Below, in pieces: positions 10,401 to 21,100 of a DNA stretch of 64,000 nucleotides (positions are counted from its first letter, which is position 1; each line of letters starts with the position of its first letter). The stretch spans positions 27,652,001 to 27,716,000 of the forward strand of contig JBHGNT010000001.1 in the NCBI GenBank assembly GCA_043228905.1. The letters are read 5' to 3'. The position numbers and the translations under genes were made by a program. Below the pieces are notes generated by a model. That model searched no databases. It had not been told where the DNA came from and worked only from the letters and a program-made list of their open reading frames with translations. This stretch comes from Azolla caroliniana (taxonomy: Eukaryota; Plantae; Polypodiophyta).

Positions 10401-11053
10401 TCGCTTATACCGGTTTCCATCCTCGCTGGTCGGTGATCGACACTCCGGAGCTACCCACCAACCCTCGTGCCGAGGATCATTTGGAGAGGCTACGCAAGAT
10501 CCAGATGGATCTCTCTACTCACCTTCGTCATGCTCAACACACACAGAAGACTTATGCGGATCGTCATCGGATTCCCTCCTCTTTTGCCATCGGAGATCGA
10601 GTATGGCTCTTACGTCGTCACATCAAGACTACTCGACCGTGCGACAAGTTGGATTATCGACGACTCGGTCCTTTCCGTATTACGGGGAAGATTAATGATG
10701 TCACCTTCCGCCTTGATCTCCCTCCGCAGCTTCAGATACATCCGGTTTTCCATTGTTCTCTTCTTGAACCTTATAAAGCAAACACCATTCCCGATCGTGT
10801 GACACCACCGCCGCCCCCACTAGAGTTGGACGCCGGCCCGGAGTATGAAGTTGCTGCCATCCTCGATTCCAAACTTGTTCGCAACAAACTCTATTACTTG
10901 GTCGATTGGCTCGGTTATAGTCCGAGCGAACGTACTTGGGAACCCGTCGAGAATGTTGCCAATGCACAAGATCTTCTTGCTGATTTCCACCGAAAGTATC
11001 CGGACAAACCCGGTCCACAAGTAGCGCTGACTCGTTCCACTCGTCGTCTTTAA
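7481..11053 (+). CDS. pol: Chromovirus Pol (PR-RT-RH-INT-chromodomain), in the -1 frame relative to gag
   Basis: LLDSGA protease, YLDD RT, EADASD RNase H, HHCC and DDE integrase, C-terminal chromodomain EYEVAAILD..YLVDWLGY..TWEP. Confidence 0.96.
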   Translation: MSPAKIGAIWLDNSPRSVQPISGSIPSKQVSNVFLAQVIVSTKSTPPVPVLALLDSGANSCFMDRNFAQASQISLRKLPCPASVVVIDGRPIASGNIVEESEPIQVVLGSFVCIISFNIISSPEHPIVLGLPWLELHNPAIDWRTREVRYRPPQESTRRVSTISLHQLREEGPKEAMFLFSISVHPSSTIKKDSSVQLPAKYHPYADVFDKVKAGTLPHHRPYDCPIDLQPGTEPPWGPIYNLSPTELEVLRAYIEENLASGFIRHSKSPAGAPIFFVKKKDGSLRLVVDYRGLNKVTIRNRYALPLISSLLERVNGAKFFTKIDLRGAYNLVRIRPGDEWKTAFRTRYGHFEYTVMPFGLTNAPAVFQHMANDIFRDLLDICLIIYLDDLLIYSKTQEEHDSHVLLVLKRLRENGLYAKLEKCSFDCKQVEFLGYVISSKGIAMDPAKIQTVLEWQIPRSVRDVQCFLGFANFYRKFIQDYSKIILPLTQLTKKGQAFLWSIEADMAFRHLKKAFTSAPILAHVDTSKPFIMEADASDFALGSILSQQGDKEELHPVAFHSRKFDVAEINYEIHDKELLAIVDSFVQWRHFLEGSPHQVIVFSDHKNLAYFQNARVLNRRQARWAQFLTRFDFKITYRPGKQQGKADALSRRSYLAPRPGEATFDNQKQVILGPTRLHTTRIFHTPMDSRITDDIRATLKTDSFAQDILAHIDTSRASCSQSQQPGIDYRQFEYHDGLLFFKKRVYVPDCSCRLQIVQHCHDTHTAGHFGSTKTLELVQRSFWWPHMRRFVNDYVRTCDACCRAKMPRHHPYGLLEPLPIPSKPWQSICLDFITDLPVSKGFDAILTVVDRYTKMAHFVPCTKAITSEETAALVMREVFRHHGLPDSIISDRGPQFVSKFWQHLFKMLKVSCNLSSGYHPQTDGQAERTNQTLEQYLRCFLSYQQDDWAGILHFAEFAYNNAIHSSTRVSPFFAYTGFHPRWSVIDTPELPTNPRAEDHLERLRKIQMDLSTHLRHAQHTQKTYADRHRIPSSFAIGDRVWLLRRHIKTTRPCDKLDYRRLGPFRITGKINDVTFRLDLPPQLQIHPVFHCSLLEPYKANTIPDRVTPPPPPLELDAGPEYEVAAILDSKLVRNKLYYLVDWLGYSPSERTWEPVENVANAQDLLADFHRKYPDKPGPQVALTRSTRRL

Positions 11054-11064
11054 GGGGGAGATAG

Positions 11065-11495
11065 TGTCATGAGATGGCAAGACTCGAACCCATGACCTTA
11101 TGGTATATGGGTCGAGCTCTTAACCATCTCACCATCTATTGTAATTCATAGAATATTATTTTCATTTATGTTTTATTATAAGAAAGTAATGTATATTCCA
11201 GATTTCTCTGGAACATTCTAGAAGCTTCAGGATTATTCCTGAGAACACTATAAAAGAAGGCACTAAGCATTATGTTGAACCAAATTGGTTCAACACCAGT
11301 CTTAAGCCTCTTAGTCGATTTGTACTTATCTTTCATATAATATAAGAGCTGCTGTCATCATCCTATTTCCCTCTCTCTCTCTCCTCTTCTCACTTCCTCT
11401 CTCTCGGGAATCTTACGCAGTCCCGTCCTCTTAGTACTAATAGTACTACTCTTCTTAGTACTAATTCCATCTCTGTTTTAGTACTATTCCTGACA
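11065..11495 (+). repeat. 3' LTR of chromovirus 1
   Basis: Same sequence and length as 5827-6257 by eye. Confidence 0.96.
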
Positions 11496-11500
11496 TCGGC

Positions 11501-12816
11501 TGCCACATTCAGCTCTTCTGGACATAACCGGGCATTCATCAGGTACAGTGTGTTGTCTTTCCGGGCCCGAGCCACTATCAGGCTCCCCTTGCTGAACTTC
11601 ATTACGCCGTTCCGGATGCTACCTGTGTAGCCTTCATCGTCTAGCCTCCCGGCCGAAATCAGGTTCAATCGAACCTCCGGAACGTGTCGGACATCCTTCA
11701 GCAGCATTTTGCATCCGGTCGGGGTTGTCAACCACACGTCTCCTATGCCGGCAATCCGGCACGTACCTTCATTTCCCATCCGAACACAGCCATGCTCACC
11801 GGCTGTGTAGGATGAGAAGTATCTTCTCTCCGGGGTCAGGTGGAACGATGCTCCGGAATCGACCACCCAGGTCGTCTCATCGCCGGCAATGTTTAGTTCA
11901 CCTTCTTCGGTGATGAGCATGATTTCTTCCTCACTTGCCGCGAGTGCCGTTGTTCCTTTCCGGTCTTGCCCTCGCCGATCCGAACCTCTCCGGTCCGTGG
12001 CTCCCCGGTATGCACCGTTTCTCTCCGGTGACTTCTTCGAATCGGTGTCGTCGGCTCCGTTGTCTTTTCAGTAATGCCGACAATTCTTTCGGAAGTGCCC
12101 CGGCTTCCCACAGTGGAAGCATGTGGGCCTTCCTCTTGACTGCGACCGGGTCCCCGACTTCTCCCGTCTTTGCGGACTCCGGTTCCATTGTCTTCCCCGA
12201 TCCGATTCGGTAAGCAGCGCCTTCGAGTCGGAGGCGGTTCTTTATCTCTCCGACGCGCTTCTTCGTTCAAAATACTTGTCTTTACCGTTTGTAAGGACAA
12301 GTTATCTTCTGTGCAGGAGGTGCTGAGAGTCACCACCAAGTTCTCCCAGCTTTCCGGCAATGTACACATCAGGATGATGGCTTGCATTGCATCCTCCAAC
12401 GGGAACTTGATCGCCGCAAGTTGATTCACGAATCCCATGAACGTGCTTACGTGTTCCACCATACTCTCGCCGTCCCGGTACTTGAGATTCACTATCTTCC
12501 TCATCAGGGAGGTCCGGTTCAACGCATTCTTCCTCTCGTAGAGGCCCGACAGCTTCCGCCACATCTCGTATGCGTTGGTGTCGTTCGCCACATGTTGTAG
12601 AACGCTCACGTCGACGTATTGCTGAATGGTTGCAACGGCTTTCCGGTTCAGAAGCCTCCATTCCGACTCAAGTACCCCTTTCGGTATTTCCGACCTGTCA
12701 ATCGGTTCGTACAGGTCCCGAACAATCAGAAGATCCTCCATCTTGATCTTCCAGTCGGCGTAATTCTGCGCATTCAGCACCATCATCCCCGGCTGCCCGC
12801 TGCCGCCGCCTTCCAT
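11501..12816 (-). pseudogene. gag: Copia element 1 gag-protease, with a 1-bp frameshift (~12235) and a premature stop (~12070)
   Basis: Homologous to the N-terminus of ORF 44794-47805; WVVDSGAS protease; GGAGGCGG versus GGAGGCCGG and CGA>TGA relative to copia 2. Confidence 0.85.
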
Positions 12817-12831
12817 TTTCTGCAGCAGCCC

Positions 12832-12843
12832 GCTCTGATACCA
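12832..12843 (-). promoter_or_regulatory. tRNA-iMet PBS of copia 1
   Basis: Minus strand TGGTATCAGAGC, 3 nt from the LTR. Confidence 0.93.
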
Positions 12844-12846
12844 GTT

Positions 12847-13456
12847 TGTTGGGAATCGACGCTTCGATTCACCTTCACCACTCGGCCACAACCGAGTAAG
12901 CGCGAATCAATGCAGCAGAAAATAGGAATCACAGAGAGAAACACACGAATACACAGGGATTAACGTGGAAAACCCTAGATGGGAAAAACCACGGGAGTAC
13001 AAGACTCCAAACCAACACTATACAAAGAGAAGTATACAATGGCGAGCTGCAAGGCGACGACCTTGAGCTCGCTGTCCTCGCCACAGGCGGCGGAAATACA
13101 CAGAGGCGTCGTCCTCTTCCTCTCTCACGCTCTATCTCTCTCTCTCTCTCACGGCTGCTCTCTCTTCACTCCTCTTTAGTGGAAAAACAGAAAAAATGAT
13201 CAACAGCATTAAAATTGTTTGCCCTAAGTCATATTTATACACATATGACTTTGGGGCTATTTACAACTATAGCCTCAGGGGCCCTTGGCAAACATATTCA
13301 CAGATATGTCCCCGCATCCGGATCTCTCTCCGGGTACATTCGTCATCCGGCTCCGAAGCCGGGGTCTTCATCATCCGGTTCCGAAACCGAAACCGGGCTT
13401 GTCGGCATTCCGTCCGACATCCGACCATCCCATCCGAAGGGACCATAATCCCAACA
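12847..13456 (-). repeat. 5' LTR of copia element 1
   Basis: Direct repeat of 2447-3056. Confidence 0.95.
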
Positions 13457-14316
13457 TGTTGAACCAGTCTTTGGTAGCGGTCGAGAGTGCCATAGGGCTT
13501 GTGTCTTCTTCGTCGACTGCACCACTACAGTTGCCTGTTGATGCTTGGGTGATTGCTTGTGCTTGTCCGGAAGCTTGTGTGCTCTATTGTGCTCTCAAAA
13601 GCCTTCTCTCGTGAAATGACAATCCTTCGTTTTTTCGGAAGTTTTGTGCCCCCATTTCTATCAGCCGTCACTTCTTGAATCCCGCGCATGCACGTCGTGT
13701 ACCATAATAGTGTGAGTGCACTGCTTGGTGCGCTTTAAATGGTTGTCATCGCGTATTTTCATGTTGACCGCTCATCATATCGAATAATATCAAAAAAAAA
13801 TTACATACGGCTTGAAGTACCTGGCCGTACTGGGTGTCGTTAAGTTAGTCTTTAGTGCATGACTACACCAGCTCTGTTGTCGACGGAAGTTCACCGGTTA
13901 CCTCTTCTATTTCCGGAACATGTTGTTCCTCCGGTTGTTTGAATGGGTTCTTCGGCATCGGGCCTTTGTATGGTTTTAACCGAAAATCGTTTATCCATTT
14001 TTCCAATAACTTGCCAGCTAGCGTGCCCAGTTGGTAAGATCCCTCGAATTCTCTTGTAACCTAGAACGGTCCGGTACATCAGAACCACAACTTTCCCAGC
14101 ATGTTGCCCATCCGAGTCTGGAACACTAACACGGGCTTGCCAATGCCGAAGTCCTTTTTGTTGTCGTGCCTATGCTGGTCCATAAAAGCTTTTCGTCTGT
14201 GTTGTTCGAGTTCTAGTTGCAACACGCTAGATATATGGCGTTCCTCTAGTTCGTACAATATTGCCAACCAGATTTTTTCGGACTCCTTGCTTAACCGCTC
14301 TCGGGCCTGTATCCGT

Positions 14317-15352
14317 TGTCGTGAAGATTCGTCACTACACGCGGATCGTGAGGCGGAACCGCAAGGGTTCTGAACTGGAAGGATTCGAAGTTGCACTAGC
14401 TTTCGCGAGAAAGGATTTAAGGTAGATTGAGAGAGAGAGAAATTGAGATTAAACGCTTGACTTTAGATTGAGGGAGATTGAAATGAGAGAGAGATTAAGA
14501 TTGAACTTTTAACCTTTAGATTTAAGAATCAAGATATATCATCAATTGGATTACAAGTTTCTTATTTGATCATCCAAAATTTTTACATTAGTTCTTTCAT
14601 CTTTTTCCTCCCCTCTTTTATAGATGCCCTCATGCATTTGAGGGTACAAGACATGCATAAAATGCATGTTTGCCATTTGGCGCTCATGTATTACATGTGG
14701 TGCATGATAACCACGTCACTCATTTAAGGTCTCGTGTATGAGAATTTACATGTAAATCTATAATGACAAAAATATTATTTTATGAAAATGTCTTGGCTTA
14801 GTGATAAAGCCTATAGACTCTCAACTTGGAGGTACAAGGTTCAAATCCACACTTGCACTCTTTATGTATATATGTATATATATACATATATTTATTTATT
14901 TATTTATATATCTATTCGGTCGCCGGATGCCGGATGCCGCCGGATCTCGGTTCTGTCGCCGGTTGCCGGATCCTGGTTGCCGGTTGCCGTCCGATCGCCG
15001 GCTCCGTCATCGGTCTGGGTTTGGTTGGCCAAAACCTTTGCAAGTAGCCAGGCCATACCCATTCATCTAATAGCTTAGTTCAAGTCACCTTGACCTCTCT
15101 ATGCTCCACACATAGACACAAAGATAATAGCTTTTGCTCTACCTTATATATGGTGAGATCCTTATTTCCTGTCTATGTGGGATATCTCACAATTTTATTT
15201 TTTTCTTTGTCTTTACAAACTTCCAACCCACATAAGTTGACACTTAGATGTATGTTTCTTATGTAGTAAAGTGTATCCGAAAGCTCTTCAAGACCTCCAT
15301 CCTTTTGTAGTTTTATGTGATTTTCACACCATTGCCGAAAATCTTCACGACA
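14317..15352 (-). mobile_element. Solo LTR (1036 bp), family S1
   Basis: TGTCGTGAAGATT..AATCTTCACGACA termini; TSD CCGT at 14313-14316 and 15353-15356; inverted homologue of 50929-51952 and 24294-25413. Confidence 0.85.
14794..14848 (+). promoter_or_regulatory. tRNA-like Pol III A-box/B-box cassette inside a solo LTR
   Basis: TGGCTTAGTGA at 14794 and GGTTCAAATCC at 14838; starts 44 nt apart. Confidence 0.6.
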
Positions 15353-18134
15353 CCGTAAACTGGGAATTTGGAACTCCATAGGCATGATCGCCTCCAATCT
15401 AAATGCCAATCAGAATGGTGTTGCCCAGATACTCGTTTTATAAGCCCATAATGCGTTGTGTAGCTTGGCGTCCCATAATGCGTTTACAATTTTCCGGAGA
15501 ATGTTTTGTAGCATCTTGTTCGTGGACTCCGCTAATTTGTTCGCATGCGTGTAGTATGGTGTATTGCGTTTATGAACTACCGTATAGAATGTCGTTAGGC
15601 TTTCCACCACATGCCCAAGGAATGTCCTCTCAGGTCGTTGATCAGCTTGATCGGACATTCGTACCGGCACCATATATATTCATAAAGAAATTTTGTCGTT
15701 GATGTTGCGGTGTTGTCCCGGAGCGTTTTTGCTTCCACCCATTTCGTACAATAGTCGGTGGGTACAATAATGTACCAGTTACCCGTGCACATTCCTCGTG
15801 GCTTAAATGGCCCCACAAAATCTAATCCCCATTTTTTAAAAGGTTATAGTGGCAATACGGGTTGATGGGGCATCCGAGCCTGCTCTGTGGGTTGGTCCAA
15901 CCGCTACAGAGATCACATTCTTTGCAGAATCAGATAGCGTATTTGAGAGTTGTCGGCCACCATAACCCACTTCTTTGAATCTTCTAGGCGGTAGCGTCTC
16001 CGGCATAGTGGCCACCGGCAACTCCGCAATGAGCTTCTCGTAGAATTGCTTCCTTTTCATCGCTCCTTACCACGCGCCGCCAGATCCTGTCGGCACCTTT
16101 GTGGTACAATGTGTCCTGTATCAAACAGAAATGGTGACCTTGGACTGCCAATCGTTTCCATTCATCCCGGCTTAGCTCTTCCTAAGGTAGTCTGGTACTT
16201 AGGAATTGATGCATGTCGGTGAGCCATTTGTCCTCGCCGACCATCGTCTCATCTACCACCATTGTCGGGGTAAACTTGAATAGCTCGGCATCCGGGAACT
16301 CATCTCGGATTGCTTCCCCTGCTTCTCCGTATTCCAACCGGCTCAAGTAATCTGCCACCACGTGTTGTATTCCCGATCAATGGTATATTTTGAACTCGAA
16401 CTCCTGCATCAGCAGTGTCCACCTTGCTAATTTGCCTGTTAATGATGCCTTGGACACCAAATAAATTAGTGTGGAGCGGTCCACATGGAACGAAAATTTA
16501 CTTGGTGACGTTGTAGACAATTCCTAGTGATTATCTTTTTGTTGTCAAGTAATTTCGTTCGGCTTTAGAGAGTTTCCGGCTTGCATAGTACACTGGACCA
16601 TACCACTTAGGTTTGGTAAGCTTCATTAGAACACTCTCGATTGCTATATCCGATGCGTCCACGAACACGTGAAAATCCTTTGTCCAATTCGGAGGTTGCA
16701 CCATCGGGACTTGCGACAACATCACTTATAACGCTTTATACGCCATTTCTTCTTGCTCTGTCCATTGAAAAGGCACGTGGTGTACGACTGCATGTAGTGG
16801 AGTTGCGAAGTCCACTAAGTAACGAAGCATCCGGTTGTGCCACCGGATTTGACCCAAGAACCGACTCAATGCCTTGGCGTTTGTTGGCGCCGATGCTTTT
16901 AAGATGGCAGACACCTTGTCTGCATCCACAACGATTCCGTCATTACTAATGATGTGCCCGAGTAGCGTGCTGCCTGTTACCCCAAAAACACATTTTGCCA
17001 GATTCAGGCTCAGTCGGGATCCCCGACACTTCTCTAAACACATCATCTAGAGGTGGTTCAGATGTTCTTCCTTCCGACTATAAACTACGAAATTGTCCAA
17101 AAAGACCTGCATAAATGTCAAGATGTATTCCCCGAATATTTCCATGATAATCCTCTAGAAAGTTGCCAGTGCCATCTTCAGTCTGAACATCATAACCACC
17201 ATGCTGAACACTCCCCATTCTGTGACGAATGCCGTTTTTTCTTGATCCGCCAAGAACTATAGCTTTGAACCCGTCCAAGAAACTATATACCTCATGACCA
17301 GCTACCGCATCTAACACCCCGTCCGTGAATGGCAGCGGGAACGTGTCTGTCACCGTGGCAACATTCAGCTTTCGGTAGTCAACACAGACCCATATATTTC
17401 TGTTTTTCTTCGACACGACTACGATTGGACTGAGCCATGTTGCTTGTTTTACTGGTTGGATAAAACCGACTCTTAGTAGTTTATCAATTTCTTCCTTGAC
17501 CTTTGCTACATAATTGGGATTCATTCGGTAACATCGCTGCGCTACCGGCTTCGCGTCCTTGCTGAGGTGGATCTGATACTGGTACAGTTGGGGATCCAAC
17601 CCTCGCATATCTTCGTATGACCAAGCGAACACATTTCGAATTCTTTGAGTAGTTCAATTGTTGCCTTTTTCTCATCCGGGGGCATTTCCTTTGCCACATT
17701 CATTGGTTTTGGTGCTTCACCGGTCCCGAGGTCCACCTCTTCTAGCTGGGATGCTTTTACTCGTTGAGACATGACCATTTCTTTGATCCCCAGGGTATCG
17801 CATGTTCGTTGGTTGATCACGTTCACACCGAAACCTCCATCCACAATTGTTCTGGGTATCTCCCTTCCTTTGATAATAACCGTAATCCCCAGACTACTAG
17901 TGTCTGCTACTGCCAACCCTTCCTCCGGATTGGAGAAGAATGCTCGTGCTAGGTTTGGGTTTTGTGATGTGAACATCAATTTAAGTCCTTTCGTAAATCG
18001 GGGAACTAACTGCAATAGGCAGCCTAGAGGCAACATGATTTGACATTGTTGTAACACCTACTAGGTGGGGTCATTGTCTGTGGTCTCTACTGGTTCTTCC
18101 AGAGGCTTCATCTATTCTTGTACTTCGGCCACGT

Positions 18135-21100
18135 TGTCATCAAGAAAACCGGCCAAAAGCAGAATCGGCGAAGTAGGGCGCATGAACCGGCCCTACACTT
18201 TCCCACACCAATTAATACCTTGTACATAACTAGGAGTAGGACGATGGGTGTAGATAGACTAGATGTGACGCATTGAATGTCTAGGAAATCAAAGAGTATC
18301 TTTGTTCGAAAGGACAGAGAATAAATTGATGAAAACGAGGGTGCAACGGCCTGCTTCGACGACCTATAAAAGGGAAGGAAGAAGGCGGATGAAGGGATCA
18401 CGTTTTAGGAGCGAGGACGAAGTGCTGCCAGACTGGGACCGAGCTCTCTCCTCCATCATTCGTCGTTCTCTGCAGGATATCAGACTGAGTTCCCTCTGCT
18501 TCATGGACAACCCGTGTGCTTCCGGCAGAGGCTCCACAGTGCAATAGGGGTTGTGTGTGCGCGTGAACGTCGTGTGTGTGTGTTCGCTTGAGTTGGGTCC
18601 GTTGTCGGCTTGCCGGTTGTAATCGTTATGGATTTAGTAATTAAGACTTTGTTCTCTCTCTCTCTCTTCCTCCCTCTGTGTTTCTGCAAGCTGCTCTCTC
18701 TCTCTTTGTTCTCACGCTCCTTGGTTCAAGACCCCTGCGGTCCCGCCTCTTTTCACACATGAAGAGCCTAATAACTCGACATATTTGGTGAACCCGACAT
18801 GAATTAGGAGGCAAAGGAGTGAAGGATGAGGGGATCCAAGCTTGTTGAAGCTATGGCCGTAGCCGTCGACCGACTAGTGAGCACTCGCGAGGGAACGGGT
18901 GCCCTTGACAGGGCCATTGAGTCGATCGTCGGCACCATAGGTCGAATTCGGTGGGAAGAATGCCACGAGCTACTTGGAGGCCTACCGGGCTGAAATGATC
19001 ATGAGGGATATCTTGGTGGACAGGCGGCTGTCTGGATTCCCTCAGGTGGTGATACTGAGCATCCACGCAAAGGTGCTCGAGGTGCTGGCCGGATGCCAGA
19101 CTTGTGAGGAGTTCAAGCTGCGGCTCCTCGAGATGAATGGGTTCGATGACTCACTTCGGCTATCGAAGCGAGACTTCATGGCGTGGGTTGAGAGCCCTGG
19201 GAAGGGGAGGAACACGTCGGCGCTCCTCCAGGAGTTCGAGAAACGATTCGCATGGTTGTCAACGCTGGACCGGACCGTGCTCGACACAAGCCGGGTACTA
19301 CTATTCGTCAAGTCGGTGGACGCCATGGACCGGGAGAAGGTGGGTCTCCTGTTGGAAACGGATGAAGGGCTCACGGCAGACTGGGCCATGGTAAGGCCGG
19401 TCCCGACGAGGGAGCTCGAGGAGCCGGTGTCGGTACTGGCTAGGAAGGAAGAATCTTGGAGTTGGCTTGAGACGAGCTCAACCCCGAGCGGAGTGGTCAA
19501 AGGTTCCTCCGGAGGCGCGGCTCTAGAAGAGCTGTCGTAGATGGTGCGAGATCTCCAAATCGCACAGGCCCTGAGGGACACCGGCGAACAATCTCGTGAC
19601 CGAAGGCCGGAGGCGGGGCAGCGGTGCATGTGGTGCGACGCGGTCGACCACATCCGGAAAGAATGTGCGGATTTCGCCGAGGCACTCAAGACCAACGTGG
19701 TGTATGTCTAGAACGGGCGGGTGCACGCGAGCGAGACCCGGAAAGCCCTAGAGTTGAATACGGGGCGCGACGGAATGAAGCGGTTGATGGAAGAGGCTGT
19801 GGCACGACATACAGAGGCCGTTAACTACTCGGCATTGACGGGAATCTGGGTTGGGGGCGATGAGGCCCGAAAAGCGAAGGACTCCAGATTCTAGCCGTTG
19901 GTGCTAGAGGGTCTCTCCGGAGTACAACTGAAGAAGGAAGAGGCAGACCGCGCGGAACAACGGATCCAGGAGGTCACCGGATGGGACGACCCGGTGGAAG
20001 AAAAGACTGGCTTTGTGGCAGCCGCATGCCAGGACTACGAGGTTCTGGTAGGAGACAAGCGCGCGGGAAAGGCTAGAGGGGGCCGCCCCTCGTAGTAGTA
20101 CGAGACCCAGTTCGGACTGAAGCCAAATGAGGCCGCCAACGCTGGTGCACCGGAGAAGAAGAAGCAGGCCGGTTTCTGGCTGAGCACCGAAATCGAACGA
20201 ACAACGGACCTGGGGAAGGTCCTGGAAGAGAGAATTCTCGACATCAAGGTCGAGTTGTCATTACGGGAGGTGTTGGGAATCGCCAAGAAGGAGTTCCATG
20301 ACTCCATCGTGGACTTGGTGAAGCGGAAGAGGCTCTCGACGGAACCGGAACCGGAGAGGCCGATGGAAGTGCGGACGACGCACTTAGAAGACACGGCCCT
20401 AGAGGATGAGTTGGCGGAAAGCCACTACGCGAAGCCGCATTGGGCTAGGGCCAGTACGGAAACCCCTATTCGGATCGGCGATGTCCAGGAGCCAGTGGTG
20501 GCATTGGTAGACCACGGTTTGGAGATCAACCTGATGTCCATGGACTTCTATAAAAAGGGTAAATGGCCGATCAACACCAAGCATGGGTGGAAGATACGCG
20601 CGGCGACGCGCGCTACAGAGGAGCTGCATGGTGCGTGCCCGAACGTATGCGTGAAGATCGGCGACGTCAAGATAGATCAACATTTCTTCATGCAGGAGAC
20701 TTCCTCGCACCCGGTAATTCTCGGCGAACCGCACATTACGGCCGCACGCATGGAGACGAATGTACTGGACAACGGTTCGGCGTATGCGCGCGTCAAGAGC
20801 CAAGACGGTCGACATTCCGTCCAATTCATGACAGTGCGACCCAACCACGAGCGAAACCGCGAGACCCTCGACGACGACAACCGAGGGGATTTTTAGAGAG
20901 GGCTATCAAGGCGTGGGGCCGCGATAGTCCGGACACCCCAGAAGAACCCCACACATGTATTATAGGTAGGAAATTTTGGCTCTCTGAAAATAGAGGTTAT
21001 ACGTTAACCGACATCAGTAGTCAGGAGAGGAAGCGAGCGGAGAGACGACTTAGGGTGTGTGGAGTCCTCTCCCCTGACGAAGAAATTAGCGGCACCGTGG

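Larger units (their letters stand above)
5827..11495 (+). mobile_element. Intact Ty3/gypsy chromovirus (Tcn1-like), youngest insertion in the window
   Basis: 431-bp LTRs at 5827-6257 and 11065-11495 with no difference seen by eye; 5-bp TSD TCGGC at 5822-5826 and 11496-11500; open gag and pol; PPT at 11052-11061. Confidence 0.97.
2447..13456 (-). mobile_element. Ty1/copia LTR retrotransposon (Tnt1/Tork-like), full length, interrupted by a chromovirus
   Basis: 610-bp LTRs at 2447-3056 and 12847-13456 (TG..CA; one mismatch noticed); 5-bp TSD TGTTG at 2442-2446 and 13457-13461; iMet PBS; PPT; gag-PR-INT-RT-RH domain order. Confidence 0.97.
13855..18057 (-). pseudogene. pol: Decayed pol of Athila-like element A1
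   Basis: Fragmentary ORFs with PR, RT, RH and INT motifs; the integrase frame is restored (FQIPSLRIQA) when the solo LTR and one TSD copy are removed. Confidence 0.85.
1..18130 (-). mobile_element. Old decayed Athila-like (non-chromovirus) Ty3/gypsy element, copy A1; substrate for later insertions
   Basis: Minus-strand remnants in order PR (IVDGGFGVNVI, ~17800), RT (WVCVDYRKLN..YSFLDGF, 16726-17632), RNase H (FHVFVDASDIA), INT (IVPTDYCTKWVEAK; VLVFQTRMG), then an extra ORF to the window start; many stops and frameshifts; own LTRs not seen. Confidence 0.75.

Noticed and set aside
14317-15352. MITE or DNA transposon (13-bp terminal inverted repeats), also at 24294 and 50929
   Set aside because: The TG..CA termini, TGTCGTGAAGA start, U5 motif, TATA position and 4-bp NCGN TSD all match the LTRs of the Trp-primed group, so a solo LTR is the simpler explanation.
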